From: Armatimonadota bacterium
GTDB taxonomy: Bacteria; Armatimonadota; SYMT01
DNA: 64,000 bases
Direction of reading: 5' to 3'
NCBI GenBank assembly: GCA_041690135.1
Contig: JAWLHY010000018.1
Coordinates: 64,001 to 128,000, forward strand
Of this stretch, positions 36,977 to 46,724 are shown piece after piece. A program made the position numbers and the translations under genes. Below the pieces are notes generated by a model. That model saw only the letters and a program-made list of their open reading frames with translations. It was not told the DNA's origin and did not search any database. How positions within the stretch are numbered: position 1 is the stretch's first letter; every line of letters begins with the position of its first letter.

Positions 36977-38209
36977 ATGTCGGTGGATGCAGCTACAGCC
37001 AATGAATCCGCGGTCCGCGCGGAAGTGCCCGCACCGGCCGCGGATAAGCCCCAGGTCGACCGGTTCCGGCTGGGTTTGCTGGCAGTGGGCCATGCCGTGA
37101 CGGACAGCTACGGTCAGAGCCTGCTCTCCCCCATGTTCCCCCAGATCGCGCAGCGGTTGGACCTCAGCCTGGCCCAGGTGGGCGGGCTGCCGATGATGAT
37201 GGGTCTCTCCGCCTCCCTGGCGCAGCCGCTCCTGGGCTGGATCTCAGACCGCAAGCCCCAGTGGTGCCTGGTGGCCCTAGGGCCGCTTCTCGCCGCACTG
37301 ATCATCGGTTTCGTGGGACACGCCCAGAGCTACTGGCAGTTGGGTTTGCTCCTCTTCCTGGCGGGGATCGGCATTGGGGCTTTCCATCCGCAGGGGGCCA
37401 CCCTGGCCCGGAAGGCAGGTCGGGGCAGCGGACTGGCGATGAGCGCCTTCACCGTGGGCGGGAACGTCGGCTTTGGCCTGGCGCCCCTCCTGGGCGGGCT
37501 TTACGTGGCTCTTTTCGGGTTGGAGCGCCTGTACTTCTCCGCACTCCCGGCCTTCGTTTTTGCCGCGGTGATGCTCGTCGTCTTCCGCCGGGATGCCGCG
37601 GGTGCCCACGCGGCTGCCGCGCACCGCAAAAAGCACACCGAGGGGCGCAGCAATCCCGTGGCCCTCGCCGCACTGACAGCCACGGTGGTGGTCCGATCGG
37701 GCGTGCAGATTGGCATCACCACGTTTCTTCCCTTTCTCGTGGAGCAGCGCTTTCCGGTATCACAGCAAACCGCCATCAAGAGCCTCTCCGTCAGCGCGTT
37801 CCTCCTGGCCAGTGCCTTCGCGGGACCGCTGGGGGGCCTCCTGTCCGATCGCTTCGGCCGGAAACCGGTGATGGTCTGGTCGTTCCTACTGGCGCCGTGG
37901 CCGCTGCTGCTTGCGTTTCAAATGCCCGGATATGTATTGATCGGCTTGCTGGCGTTCGGCGCGTTCATTTTGATGTTGCCCCACCCCGCGAACGTCGTGA
38001 TGGCGCAGGAGTTCATGCCCCGGAGTGCGGGAATCGCCGCCAGCCTCATTACCGGCCTCGCGTGGGGGCTCGCCCAGGTGCTGGCGCTCCCACTCGGCCA
38101 GATCGCCGAGGACACCTCCCTTTCGGCGGCGTTGACGGGGCTCTGTTTCCTCCCCTTCCTCGGCGCCCTTCTGGTGATTCCGATTCCCCGCGATCCGGGG
38201 CGGTCCTGA
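36977..38209 (+). CDS. MFS transporter (Fsr fosmidomycin-resistance-like)
   Basis: About 12 TM segments, QPL.G..SD, G.G..AFHP, F.VGGN.G, GLLSDRFGRK. Confidence 0.9.
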   Translation: MSVDAATANESAVRAEVPAPAADKPQVDRFRLGLLAVGHAVTDSYGQSLLSPMFPQIAQRLDLSLAQVGGLPMMMGLSASLAQPLLGWISDRKPQWCLVALGPLLAALIIGFVGHAQSYWQLGLLLFLAGIGIGAFHPQGATLARKAGRGSGLAMSAFTVGGNVGFGLAPLLGGLYVALFGLERLYFSALPAFVFAAVMLVVFRRDAAGAHAAAAHRKKHTEGRSNPVALAALTATVVVRSGVQIGITTFLPFLVEQRFPVSQQTAIKSLSVSAFLLASAFAGPLGGLLSDRFGRKPVMVWSFLLAPWPLLLAFQMPGYVLIGLLAFGAFILMLPHPANVVMAQEFMPRSAGIAASLITGLAWGLAQVLALPLGQIAEDTSLSAALTGLCFLPFLGALLVIPIPRDPGRS

Positions 38210-38376
38210 AGAAATCCCGAACTTATCCGGTCGGCCGCTCGTCATGCAACTACCCGGGTTTTCGAGTGCCGCTGTCCGGTTGGTGATAACTGACCCTTGA
38301 CTCGTGCGTTACCTTGCCGATACTGTCGGGAGGTATCCGCGCCCCTTTGTACCTTCGTTCGCCGGTGGAGCTCCTC

Positions 38377-40257
38377 ATGGATGGCAGCGTCGACCGCATG
38401 TCCGCGGACCTGATCCGCGACCTGAATGCCGGCAAGTTGGGCTACGAGGACGCCAAAGCTCGCTATCGGGAGCTGGGCGACCTCCTTCAGTGCGAGTACC
38501 CGCCGGACCGGACGCCTCTAGAGGTGTTCAACGAGGCGAATACCCGCTATCGCCAGCTTGGTGAGGCGATCCAGCGGCGCTACCAGCGCAACTTTACTGC
38601 CGTATCGGTGGATGTTGTCGGCTCACATAAGATGAAGCTGAACGGCACCCCGTTGGACGCCCAGCTCACCTTTGACGCCTACCACCAGTGGGTAGAGGAG
38701 AAGCTGGCGAACTACGGCTGCCCACACAACTTCTATGCCTGGGCCGGAGATGGGTTGATCGCGATCTTCGAACTGCCGGAAACCGCGGTCCAGTTCGGCC
38801 AGGCTCTCATCAACGCGCTCCCCGCCTTCAACACCAGCTTTAACCGCTTGCACCAGGCGTTGCAGCTTCGGATCGGGGTGCATACCGGCCCGATCCTTCC
38901 GGGAGAGCAGATGGGACTTGGGCGCCTTACCAGCGCCACGCTCGACCTCGCGGGGCATTACCAGAAAGCCGCCCGCCCGGATGAGATGATTGTGAGCCCC
39001 ACGACCCACGACTTCCTGCCGCCGGACCTGGGTTACTTTGCCTCCGTCCGCCGCCCGATCCCGAACGCGGAGAACTGCTACGCGTTTCCGGCCCGGCCGG
39101 ACGAACCGGACCCCGAGCTTCCGATTGCGCCCCAGGTTGCGACCCCGCCGCCGGGAAGGAGCGCAGGCGTGGCGCCCGTGGTGTTGGGAGTGACGATCGT
39201 GGTTGCGGCGGGTCTCCTGGCGGGCGGCCTGTTCTGGTGGGCGACGCGCCCGCCTGGTGGGTCGCAAAGGGGGGCGGTGGTGGTCCAGGTCCCGGCTCGG
39301 ACTCCGAGTGCGAACTCCACTCCGGGGTCGCCGTCCCCGACCCGCACCTCCCCTACTCAGCCGACAAACGCGCCCTCTGCCTCCGGTACGGCGACCACGC
39401 CGGCAGCGCAGCCGGCGGAAGCAGCGCCTACACCCGTCGCTTCCTGGAGCCCCGACCGGCAACTGTGGCGTTCACCGGACGCCGAGGGCGGGGTTCCCAG
39501 TCGCCTATTCGCCTCCACGCCCGACCGGACCTGGATCCTGGCGGTGGGAGTAGGAAGCTATCAGGACGCGGCATTCCAGGCTGCCGGAGCGGGGGGGGAC
39601 GCTCTCCTCACCACCCAGGCAATCCAGCGGGCGACGGGAACGCCCAGCGGCAATGTCCGCGTGATCACCGACGGACAGGCCACTCTGGAGGCGGTGAAGC
39701 GAGGCTTCCAGTGGCTTCAGCAAAGTGCCAACTCGGGCCGCGACACGGTGTTCGTCTACCTGGCCGGCGCCGGACGACTGGCGTCCGATCGCTCCGACTT
39801 GCGCCACTCGGGAGGTAGCGGGTACGCGTTCGCGCCCCAGGATGCGCGAAGTGATGATCCGGCCGCCACACTGGTCTACGGAGCGGATGTGGTCGCGTGG
39901 CTCGGGGCGGCCCGAGCGCAAACGACGCTCCTTTTCGTGGATACCCCGTTCGCGGGAGCCTTGCAGGCGGACCTGCCCGCGGCGGCAGACCCCGGTCGCC
40001 GGTTCGGGTTACTGGCGGCCACCTCGGCGAACCAGGGAAGCGTGGTGCGCGGCAGGCAGGCAAGTGCCTATGCTGAAGGCCTCGCCGCGGCTCTGCGGGG
40101 TGGCGCGGATCAGGACCGGGACCGCCGGGTATCCCTGGCGGAGTTGCAGGCGTTCCTGACCGCCTCGGTGCCTCGCGCGTCGAACGGCCACCAGACGCCG
40201 GTCAGCGCCGCCGGCTTCGGGGGCTATCTGCCGGAAATCTTCTTTGTGGTTCGTTAG
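38377..40257 (+). CDS. class III nucleotidyl cyclase domain, TM helix, Pro/Thr linker and caspase(C14)-like domain, both domains degenerate
   Basis: VDVVGS, GDG, LRIGVHTG; LAVGV..Y, A.....AT, VYLAGAG, FVDTPFAG, L.G.AD.D.D..V...EL. Confidence 0.75.
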   Translation: MDGSVDRMSADLIRDLNAGKLGYEDAKARYRELGDLLQCEYPPDRTPLEVFNEANTRYRQLGEAIQRRYQRNFTAVSVDVVGSHKMKLNGTPLDAQLTFDAYHQWVEEKLANYGCPHNFYAWAGDGLIAIFELPETAVQFGQALINALPAFNTSFNRLHQALQLRIGVHTGPILPGEQMGLGRLTSATLDLAGHYQKAARPDEMIVSPTTHDFLPPDLGYFASVRRPIPNAENCYAFPARPDEPDPELPIAPQVATPPPGRSAGVAPVVLGVTIVVAAGLLAGGLFWWATRPPGGSQRGAVVVQVPARTPSANSTPGSPSPTRTSPTQPTNAPSASGTATTPAAQPAEAAPTPVASWSPDRQLWRSPDAEGGVPSRLFASTPDRTWILAVGVGSYQDAAFQAAGAGGDALLTTQAIQRATGTPSGNVRVITDGQATLEAVKRGFQWLQQSANSGRDTVFVYLAGAGRLASDRSDLRHSGGSGYAFAPQDARSDDPAATLVYGADVVAWLGAARAQTTLLFVDTPFAGALQADLPAAADPGRRFGLLAATSANQGSVVRGRQASAYAEGLAAALRGGADQDRDRRVSLAELQAFLTASVPRASNGHQTPVSAAGFGGYLPEIFFVVR

Positions 40258-41498
40258 GTATCGAGGCGTCGTTCCTCGATCCGCTGGGCTACCTCCTCAC
40301 GGATGGGCTCCGGCACAAGATGCCTTACACCGGACCAACCCCCAAACAGCGCGGCTTCCTTGATCATCGATGAGGAGATGTCGAGGTGCTCGGATCGCGG
40401 GGGCACCCACACGGTCTGGATCTGTGGTTCGAGGAGCGCATTGGTCTTCCAGAGACGCACTTCACCGAAATAGTCTTCGGCCCGGCCGAGGCCACGCACC
40501 ATACGGCCGGCCCGTACCTGGCGAGCGTACTCGACCGTCAAGCCGTTCCAGACGGTCACCGTCACGCCGGGCGGCACGCACCGCCGGATGAGGTCCACGC
40601 GTTCTTCGGGGCTGAAGAGGGCCGTGCGGTCCTTGGCGGGGTTCCGCGCGACCACCACGTGCAACGACCGGAACATCTGCGCGCAGGTCTGGATGATGTC
40701 CAGGTGACTGACGGTGAGTGGGTCGAAGCTGCCGGGAAAAATGGCGCGGCGGGGATCCACCGACACTTCGCGCGGGTACTCCAGGCCTTCCACGGGCACT
40801 TCCGTGTGGGGGAACTCCGCGCGAACTTCCTCCAGCAGTACCGTCGGGTCCTCCAATGGGCCGATGTGGGTGAGGTAGAGACGGCCGACCCCGGCCTCGC
40901 GGGCGAGCCGGGCCACTCCGAGAGTCTCGGAATGGCGAGTGATCTCAGCCCAGTGCGCTGCTCTTGACGAAAAGGTGCATTCGTGGACCAGCACGTCCAC
41001 GCCGCGGACAAAATCCGCGTAGTCCCCCGGGGCGGTGGTGTCGGTGACGTAGGCCAGGCTCTCACCCCCGGGAAGCTCCAGGCGATATGCGAGCACGGGC
41101 GGACCATGGGGAACGATGCGGGTTCGGACGGTCACCTCCCCAACCGTAAACTGCTCCGTCGCCGGCTCGAACCGGTAGGGCAGGCGGATGGGCCACAGCG
41201 GAGACTCGGGACCCCCCAATTCCAGGAAACGGTCTTGCCAGTCGGGACCGTAAACGGTGATCTCCGGCTCGGAGCGCCCGTAGAAGAGCCCGGCCATGAG
41301 GAAAAAGAGGCCCAGGCTGTGGTCGAGGTGGTAGTGGGACATGAGGACGTACAGGGGCCCGTCCCCGTGCAGGTGCCGGAGGGGAAAGACGTTGCTCCCG
41401 GCATCCAGCAGGATCCCGTAATCCGGCAGGTAGAGACCGGTGGTGTGCCGGTCCGGCGTGATGGCGGACCCACCGGCCCCCAGAAAGTGTAGGCGCAT
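40254..41498 (-). CDS. coaD: fusion of RNase Z-like MBL hydrolase (N-term) and phosphopantetheine adenylyltransferase (C-term)
   Basis: SHYHLDHSLG, YVTDT, HECTF, HS, LTH; then AIFPGSFDPLT.SHLDII, FS.EER, VRGL, ISSS.IKE. Confidence 0.8.
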   Translation of the reverse strand: MRLHFLGAGGSAITPDRHTTGLYLPDYGILLDAGSNVFPLRHLHGDGPLYVLMSHYHLDHSLGLFFLMAGLFYGRSEPEITVYGPDWQDRFLELGGPESPLWPIRLPYRFEPATEQFTVGEVTVRTRIVPHGPPVLAYRLELPGGESLAYVTDTTAPGDYADFVRGVDVLVHECTFSSRAAHWAEITRHSETLGVARLAREAGVGRLYLTHIGPLEDPTVLLEEVRAEFPHTEVPVEGLEYPREVSVDPRRAIFPGSFDPLTVSHLDIIQTCAQMFRSLHVVVARNPAKDRTALFSPEERVDLIRRCVPPGVTVTVWNGLTVEYARQVRAGRMVRGLGRAEDYFGEVRLWKTNALLEPQIQTVWVPPRSEHLDISSSMIKEAALFGGWSGVRHLVPEPIREEVAQRIEERRLDT

Positions 41499-41665
41499 GG
41501 AGCGGAGCTTTCCCCGGCCGGGGTCGAGTCGATCACCTTCGACGACCGCGAGAAACCGGGCGCCTCACGCGCTCGCTCCCCGGTCGAACCGGCCGCAGGT
41601 AGATTGGGGGGAGGGACCCTTCATCCCTCCCCCACACTCCGCAATCGGGCCCCTACGTTGCGCAA

Positions 41666-41995
41666 TCAGGCGGCGAACAGCTCCATCACCTCGCCGACCA
41701 GGGCCTCCCCGGCCAGTGGTTCGTAGCGGTCCCGCAGGCTCACCGGCCGAAGTTGATCCCCGAGCCGCCGCAATTCTTCCAACTGCTCCTGGTACTGCCG
41801 GAAGCGACCTTCCCACTCATCAGCCGGCAGAAGTTGCGCGGTGGGTCCGGACAGCCAGTTCCCCATTCGCATCACGAGCGCCATCAACTGCTCATAGCGA
41901 GCTTCGAGGCTCTCCCCGCTGGTGACGCGCACCGGCGCGGCCTCCACTCGCTCGTTGTCAAACCGTCGAACCTTGATCACTACTCCAGTGCCCAT
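41666..41995 (-). CDS. hypothetical alpha-helical protein
   Basis: ORF with GGAGAGG RBS and upstream promoter. Confidence 0.6.
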   Translation of the reverse strand: MGTGVVIKVRRFDNERVEAAPVRVTSGESLEARYEQLMALVMRMGNWLSGPTAQLLPADEWEGRFRQYQEQLEELRRLGDQLRPVSLRDRYEPLAGEALVGEVMELFAA

Positions 41996-42055
41996 TTTTG
42001 TCCTCTCCTGTGTCCGGAACTCCCGCGTCGTCTTTGCAAACACTTGTTCTACTCA

Positions 42056-42084
42056 AGTGTATCAAAGGCTCTCCGGGTCGTCAA
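42056..42084 (-). promoter_or_regulatory. sigma70-type promoter
   Basis: Minus strand TTGACG-N17-TACACT. Confidence 0.6.
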
Positions 42085-42238
42085 CGCGACTTTGCAAATG
42101 GATGTTTGCGTGTTCTGCAGGCTCCGGGCACCTGAAAGCAAAAGAGGAGAGCGTGACGTGGATTCACACGCGCTCGCTCTCCTCTCATGGGCACCTCTCC
42201 CCTGGTCGACTCAGAAGTGTCTAGGGGACAAGTGGTAG

Positions 42239-44260
42239 TTACGGTTTTGGTTGGTCGGTAAGCTCCCACCGTTCCCCGAAGAAGCCGGCATTGACGACCT
42301 TACCAGGATACCGACTGTTCGGCGGGGTGGTTGTGTCGATGATGGCCCAGTCCGGCAGCTTCGGCACCTGGCGCGCGTTGTTCAGGTAATCGTACTCACG
42401 GTAGGTGAATCCGCTGTTCAGCACCACGTAGCGCTTCGGGTTGAGCGGATTCGGAAAGACCAGTACCGGCACATGGGTCGCCGGATACTTCTGCTTACCT
42501 ACCTCCACGCCTTCGGCCGTCCAGCGGATGGGCAGCCGATCCGCGATGCGGGCCAAAATGCGGTTATTGCCCGGGTCGCCCCAGAGGGCGAGGTTGTGCG
42601 CCGCGATGTCGGCGTCTGTGACGTCCGCATCGTTCTTCACGCGAGGCTCGCCGCGGAACTGGCGTCGCCACTCCTTGATGGCATGCTGGAGCTCCGCGTC
42701 GACCCACCCGCTGACTTTGGAGATCTGCGCGGTACCCGTCGGCCGGACGATCATAAAGCTCTGCATGAAGGCATCGTCGATCGGGCCCTGGAGGCCGTGA
42801 CGCTTCCGCAGCACGCCATCGTCTACGGCGTCAACCCGCTTCCACTTGCCGCCCTCGCGCCGGAGGTGCACCGTCCACGACCGATCGGTGGCGATTGGCG
42901 CTCCGCTGACCTTCTGCCCATCCACCTTCAACAACGGCGACCGGGTGCTATCCAGGGGACACGTGCCCGCCGGCATCTCCAGGCTCAGGGCCGTGATGTT
43001 CTTCGTCGTTAGACGAAGGTTGTGGTCGTCGACGATCTCGGCGTCAATCCGCGCCGGCTCCCAGTGATGCTCGAGACCGTCGGCCACCACCCACGCCTGG
43101 CGGTTGTAGGCGAGAGTTGGCGTGGCAAGCACTACCCGCTTCGGGACGGGGTTGCGCCCGCGCTCCACGATCGGATCGAGGAGGCGATCGATCTCCACCT
43201 TGGACGCCGGATGATAGCTGTGCCCCGTGTTCGGTCCGATGATGTGCACCATCCGCAGGTTCTCTTTCGCCAGGGCCTTTTCCATCACGTCGGCGGCCTG
43301 CTTCTGCGTGTCTTTCTCGCCGCTGTACACCACCGTCGGCAGGTTGTGGAAGTTGGCGGCGTACTCGGGACAGTCGTACATTTGCCACAGCTTCTTTTCC
43401 CACCAGGTCGGCTTGAGGGTCTCCTTCTGGAAGACCTTGAGGAACTCCGGCGTTTCGGAGAAGCCCGCACCGGGTGCGGCCGCGGCCCACTCTCCGGCGT
43501 AGTGGGCGGCAAACTGCCAGCAGGCGGCACCGCCCATGGAGAAGCCGCGGACGACGATCCGGTTGTCGTCGATCTTGTAACGGCGCTTGATGTCGGCCAG
43601 GGCCTCGAACAGGTCCACCTCGCCGGCCAGCTTGTTCGCATTGCAGTAACGGCCGTAAGGCTGGACCACAAAAAGATCGGGGCGCGCAAACGGACCGCCG
43701 CTGTTCTGCACGCCGGTGAGGAAGTTGACTTCACTCAGCACCTCGCCGCGACCATGGAACCAGGTGTCCAGCCGCCACCGGTGCGGGCTGTCGGGGTTAT
43801 AGGCGCGGGGGACGGACAGGCCGTAAGGTTGTACCGAGCCGTCGATGCGGGATACGTATCCGAGCGCGATCGGTCCGGTCTGGGTGGTCCAGGGAGTCTG
43901 TCCGGCGGCCAGGTTACGGGCGCGCTCCTGACCCTCGGCCAGCAGCTTCTTCGCTTTGCCGATGTCGGCGGGGGCGAAGAACTCGTTGTGCTCCAGCGCG
44001 TAGCGGACGGCGTTGTGGTAGATCTGCACGTCCGGAACGTGAGGGGCCGTCTTCGGGTTGGTCCGGAGGCTCTCGATCGCTTTGCCGAGTTCGGCCAGGC
44101 CCTGGGTGAGCGCCTGGCGGTCCGCGTCCGGCACGGGAACGCCGGCGGGCGGCACCGGCCGTACCTTTTCCGGGATGTTGTCGGCCGGGCCGTCCGCGAC
44201 GGCGACCGCGGCGATACCGCCGGCAAGCAGGGCAGAAAGAAGAAGTGGAGAACGGTTCAT
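42239..44260 (-). CDS. secreted S9/prolyl-oligopeptidase-like alpha/beta hydrolase
   Basis: Signal peptide, S.IDGSVQPY, W.HGR, RGFSMGGA, YSGE.D, GH.Y. Confidence 0.8.
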   Translation of the reverse strand: MNRSPLLLSALLAGGIAAVAVADGPADNIPEKVRPVPPAGVPVPDADRQALTQGLAELGKAIESLRTNPKTAPHVPDVQIYHNAVRYALEHNEFFAPADIGKAKKLLAEGQERARNLAAGQTPWTTQTGPIALGYVSRIDGSVQPYGLSVPRAYNPDSPHRWRLDTWFHGRGEVLSEVNFLTGVQNSGGPFARPDLFVVQPYGRYCNANKLAGEVDLFEALADIKRRYKIDDNRIVVRGFSMGGAACWQFAAHYAGEWAAAAPGAGFSETPEFLKVFQKETLKPTWWEKKLWQMYDCPEYAANFHNLPTVVYSGEKDTQKQAADVMEKALAKENLRMVHIIGPNTGHSYHPASKVEIDRLLDPIVERGRNPVPKRVVLATPTLAYNRQAWVVADGLEHHWEPARIDAEIVDDHNLRLTTKNITALSLEMPAGTCPLDSTRSPLLKVDGQKVSGAPIATDRSWTVHLRREGGKWKRVDAVDDGVLRKRHGLQGPIDDAFMQSFMIVRPTGTAQISKVSGWVDAELQHAIKEWRRQFRGEPRVKNDADVTDADIAAHNLALWGDPGNNRILARIADRLPIRWTAEGVEVGKQKYPATHVPVLVFPNPLNPKRYVVLNSGFTYREYDYLNNARQVPKLPDWAIIDTTTPPNSRYPGKVVNAGFFGERWELTDQPKP

Positions 44261-44346
44261 GGTGTCAGGTCTTTTGGCCCGGGGAACGCTCACCAGGAGC
44301 ACGGGTCACCGGGACCATTTCCGGCCGTGCTTTCCGAAGTCCTCCC

Positions 44347-45237
44347 ATGATGCAACACCTCAACATTCCGAGACGCGCACCGGCGCATGCGGTGCTTCTG
44401 GTGAGCTTCGTGCTCCTGGCCATTTTGCCGGGCCGGAAGGCGGTGGGTCAGGGAGTCTCGCTGTTGGGACGGGCCGGGGAGGTCGCGCTGGCGCTGCGGA
44501 GTATTTCCGTGGAGCGTGTGGGGCGGCTGGAACTGGACCCTAGCGGGAAGCCTCGGGCGAACGGGGAGCCGGCCGCAAGCGAGGTGACGGTGGAGTTGGG
44601 ACTGGGCAGCCGCGATCCGGATGCCTTGGCGGCACTCACGACCGGGCCGCTGGTCGGGGTCCGCTTTCGGGCCGCGGATGACCGCGGCCAGGTGTTGACC
44701 CACGTGGGAGCCGAAGTGATCCAGGAGTCGTCCGTCGATCGGGTGGAATCTCGCCTGCGGGTGAAACTTCGCGGACCCGCTTCTCCGGCCCGTACTCTCC
44801 GGTCGCTGGAAGGCGCGCTGCTCGCCTATCCGAAAGCTCGCCGCATCCGCTTCCACGTGCCCTGGAGCAAAGAAGACCTCCCGGTTGCCGTGGAGTATGG
44901 TGAGGGTCGCGCTACGCTGCGCCGTTTCCACCTGGTCGGAGACGAGAGTACGCTCTGGGTGGCACTCTTGCCCCCGGCGGGCTTCCGGGTGGCACCCCTG
45001 GAGCACCCAGGCACCCTCACCGCGCGGGCCATGGATATCTACGGCAACCTGGTGAGCGGTGGAGCCATCACGGAGACGGTGCAAACCCAGACAGGGAAGG
45101 AGCCGGAATTCCGGTTCTATGCCCCCGTGCTCCGTCGCATTCCTTCTCGCCTGATGCTGGACGTGGTATGCGTGGCCGGAGAGCCGCGAGCCGTCCCGTT
45201 CCGGACGGGCTCCATCCCCCTGCCTCGGAGTCGCTAG
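44347..45237 (+). CDS. hypothetical exported protein
   Basis: Long ORF with N-terminal hydrophobic segment. Confidence 0.55.
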   Translation: MMQHLNIPRRAPAHAVLLVSFVLLAILPGRKAVGQGVSLLGRAGEVALALRSISVERVGRLELDPSGKPRANGEPAASEVTVELGLGSRDPDALAALTTGPLVGVRFRAADDRGQVLTHVGAEVIQESSVDRVESRLRVKLRGPASPARTLRSLEGALLAYPKARRIRFHVPWSKEDLPVAVEYGEGRATLRRFHLVGDESTLWVALLPPAGFRVAPLEHPGTLTARAMDIYGNLVSGGAITETVQTQTGKEPEFRFYAPVLRRIPSRLMLDVVCVAGEPRAVPFRTGSIPLPRSR

Positions 45238-45252
45238 CTTCCGCTTCGTCAG

Positions 45253-45279
45253 GTTTCCTGTCCCCCCTGGCGGGGGTAA
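45253..45279 (+). promoter_or_regulatory. SigB/SigF-type promoter upstream of STAS gene
   Basis: GTTT-N17-GGGTAA. Confidence 0.6.
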
Positions 45280-45328
45280 TTCTGGCTTGGCGCGCCGTCA
45301 CCCGGCGGCGGAAGGAGAGGTGCAGAGC

Positions 45329-45667
45329 ATGAGTGACGTGGACGGGAGCCCCATCGCCGAGACGCCCGATGGTGAGGAGCAGATCTTCCGGATCGAACAG
45401 GAGTCGATCGACGCGACCAATGCCTGGGATCTTCGCCCAGCGTTGCTGCGGGCACTCTACACGGGCGGACCGGAACTCTGGATCGACCTCGCCCAGGTCA
45501 GTTTTATCGATAGCACCGGACTGGGGATGCTGGTCAGCGTCCTGCAAGAGGCTCGGGAGATGCAGGGCAATATCCACCTGATCAACGCCAGCCGGGAAGT
45601 CCGGCGTCTCCTACAGGTGACCGGGCTGGAACTGCTCTTTGAGCAGCAGGGTGCCGCGGCGGTGTGA
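45329..45667 (+). CDS. STAS domain anti-sigma factor antagonist (RsbV/SpoIIAA-like)
   Basis: IDL..V.FIDSTGLG.L, V.RLL.VTGL. Confidence 0.9.
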   Translation: MSDVDGSPIAETPDGEEQIFRIEQESIDATNAWDLRPALLRALYTGGPELWIDLAQVSFIDSTGLGMLVSVLQEAREMQGNIHLINASREVRRLLQVTGLELLFEQQGAAAV

Positions 45668-45706
45668 CGGCTCAACGCCACCGCGGCGAGGTTCGCGAGA
45701 GCTGGT

Positions 45707-46534
45707 TTACGCCAGCAGCGCCTTGAGCCGGCTCAAGGCCTGGCGCTCCAGGCGCGAAACGTGCATTTGCGAAATGCCGAGTCGACGCGCTACCTCGGCC
45801 TGGGAGGCTTCTTCAAAGAACCGGGCGTAGATGATCGCCTGTTGACGCTGGTCGAGACGTTCCACCGCCCGCCGTACCGTTTCCCTTTCCTCGATCGCAT
45901 GGATCTCCGGGTCGGCCTGGCCGATGGCGTCCCAGAAGGAAGACTTTTCGTCCCCGTTCTCGTCTTGTAAATGCGCGTCCAGCGAGGCCGGCTGATAGAC
46001 GCGGTCGAGGTCCATCGCCTGGAGAAGCCGTTCCTCGTTCACCCCGGCGGCCTGGGCCATCTCTTCGATGGTCGGCGGACGGCCGAGGCGCTGTTCGAGC
46101 TGCTCCCGCAGCTTCCGCAGGCTTAGGCCCAGCTCGCGCAGTCTCCGTGGCGCTTTGAGCCCCCAGGTCTGGTCGCGGAAGTACCGCTTGATCTCTCCGG
46201 TGATGGTGGGAACGGCAAACGTCACAAAGCTAACGCCCTTGTCCGGGTCGAACCGGTCAATGGCGGCGATGAGCCCCACATAGCCCACCTGCACCAGGTC
46301 GTCCAGGGAGGTGCCGGCCCCCGCCCCGAAACGGCTGGCCAGATAGCGCACCATCCGTTCGTGCAGCAACACCAGTCGGTCCCGGATGCGGATGTCGCGG
46401 GTCCTGGCATACTCCCGGAGGAGAACCTGCGGATCATCCGACAGGTCCATTACGGGACGGGAAGGTTCGTTACGGGATGACGTTGACGCTGTTTCGAGGC
46501 CCGTTGCCACGCTTGAAGGAGTCTCGTTCCGCAT
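45707..46534 (-). CDS. SigB/SigF/SigG family RNA polymerase sigma factor
   Basis: DDLVQVG..GL..AIDRFDP, FAVPTI.GEIKRYFRD..W, SQ.EVA..LGISQMHVSRL. Confidence 0.93.
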   Translation of the reverse strand: MRNETPSSVATGLETASTSSRNEPSRPVMDLSDDPQVLLREYARTRDIRIRDRLVLLHERMVRYLASRFGAGAGTSLDDLVQVGYVGLIAAIDRFDPDKGVSFVTFAVPTITGEIKRYFRDQTWGLKAPRRLRELGLSLRKLREQLEQRLGRPPTIEEMAQAAGVNEERLLQAMDLDRVYQPASLDAHLQDENGDEKSSFWDAIGQADPEIHAIEERETVRRAVERLDQRQQAIIYARFFEEASQAEVARRLGISQMHVSRLERQALSRLKALLA

Positions 46535-46724
46535 AATAAGACTGATCGGGTTCGCGGGGTCGGCACCTGCGATAAGGTGGCGAAAACGGCAATAACCATG
46601 GTTTCGCCTGAAGGGAGGACCTCTCCTGCCCTGACAGGTACTTACGACTGGGTCCGCGCTATTGTAACAGAGTTTGACGACAGCAAGCGGACTTTATCCG
46701 GTCCGCCGGGAGTTTCGAACAGGA

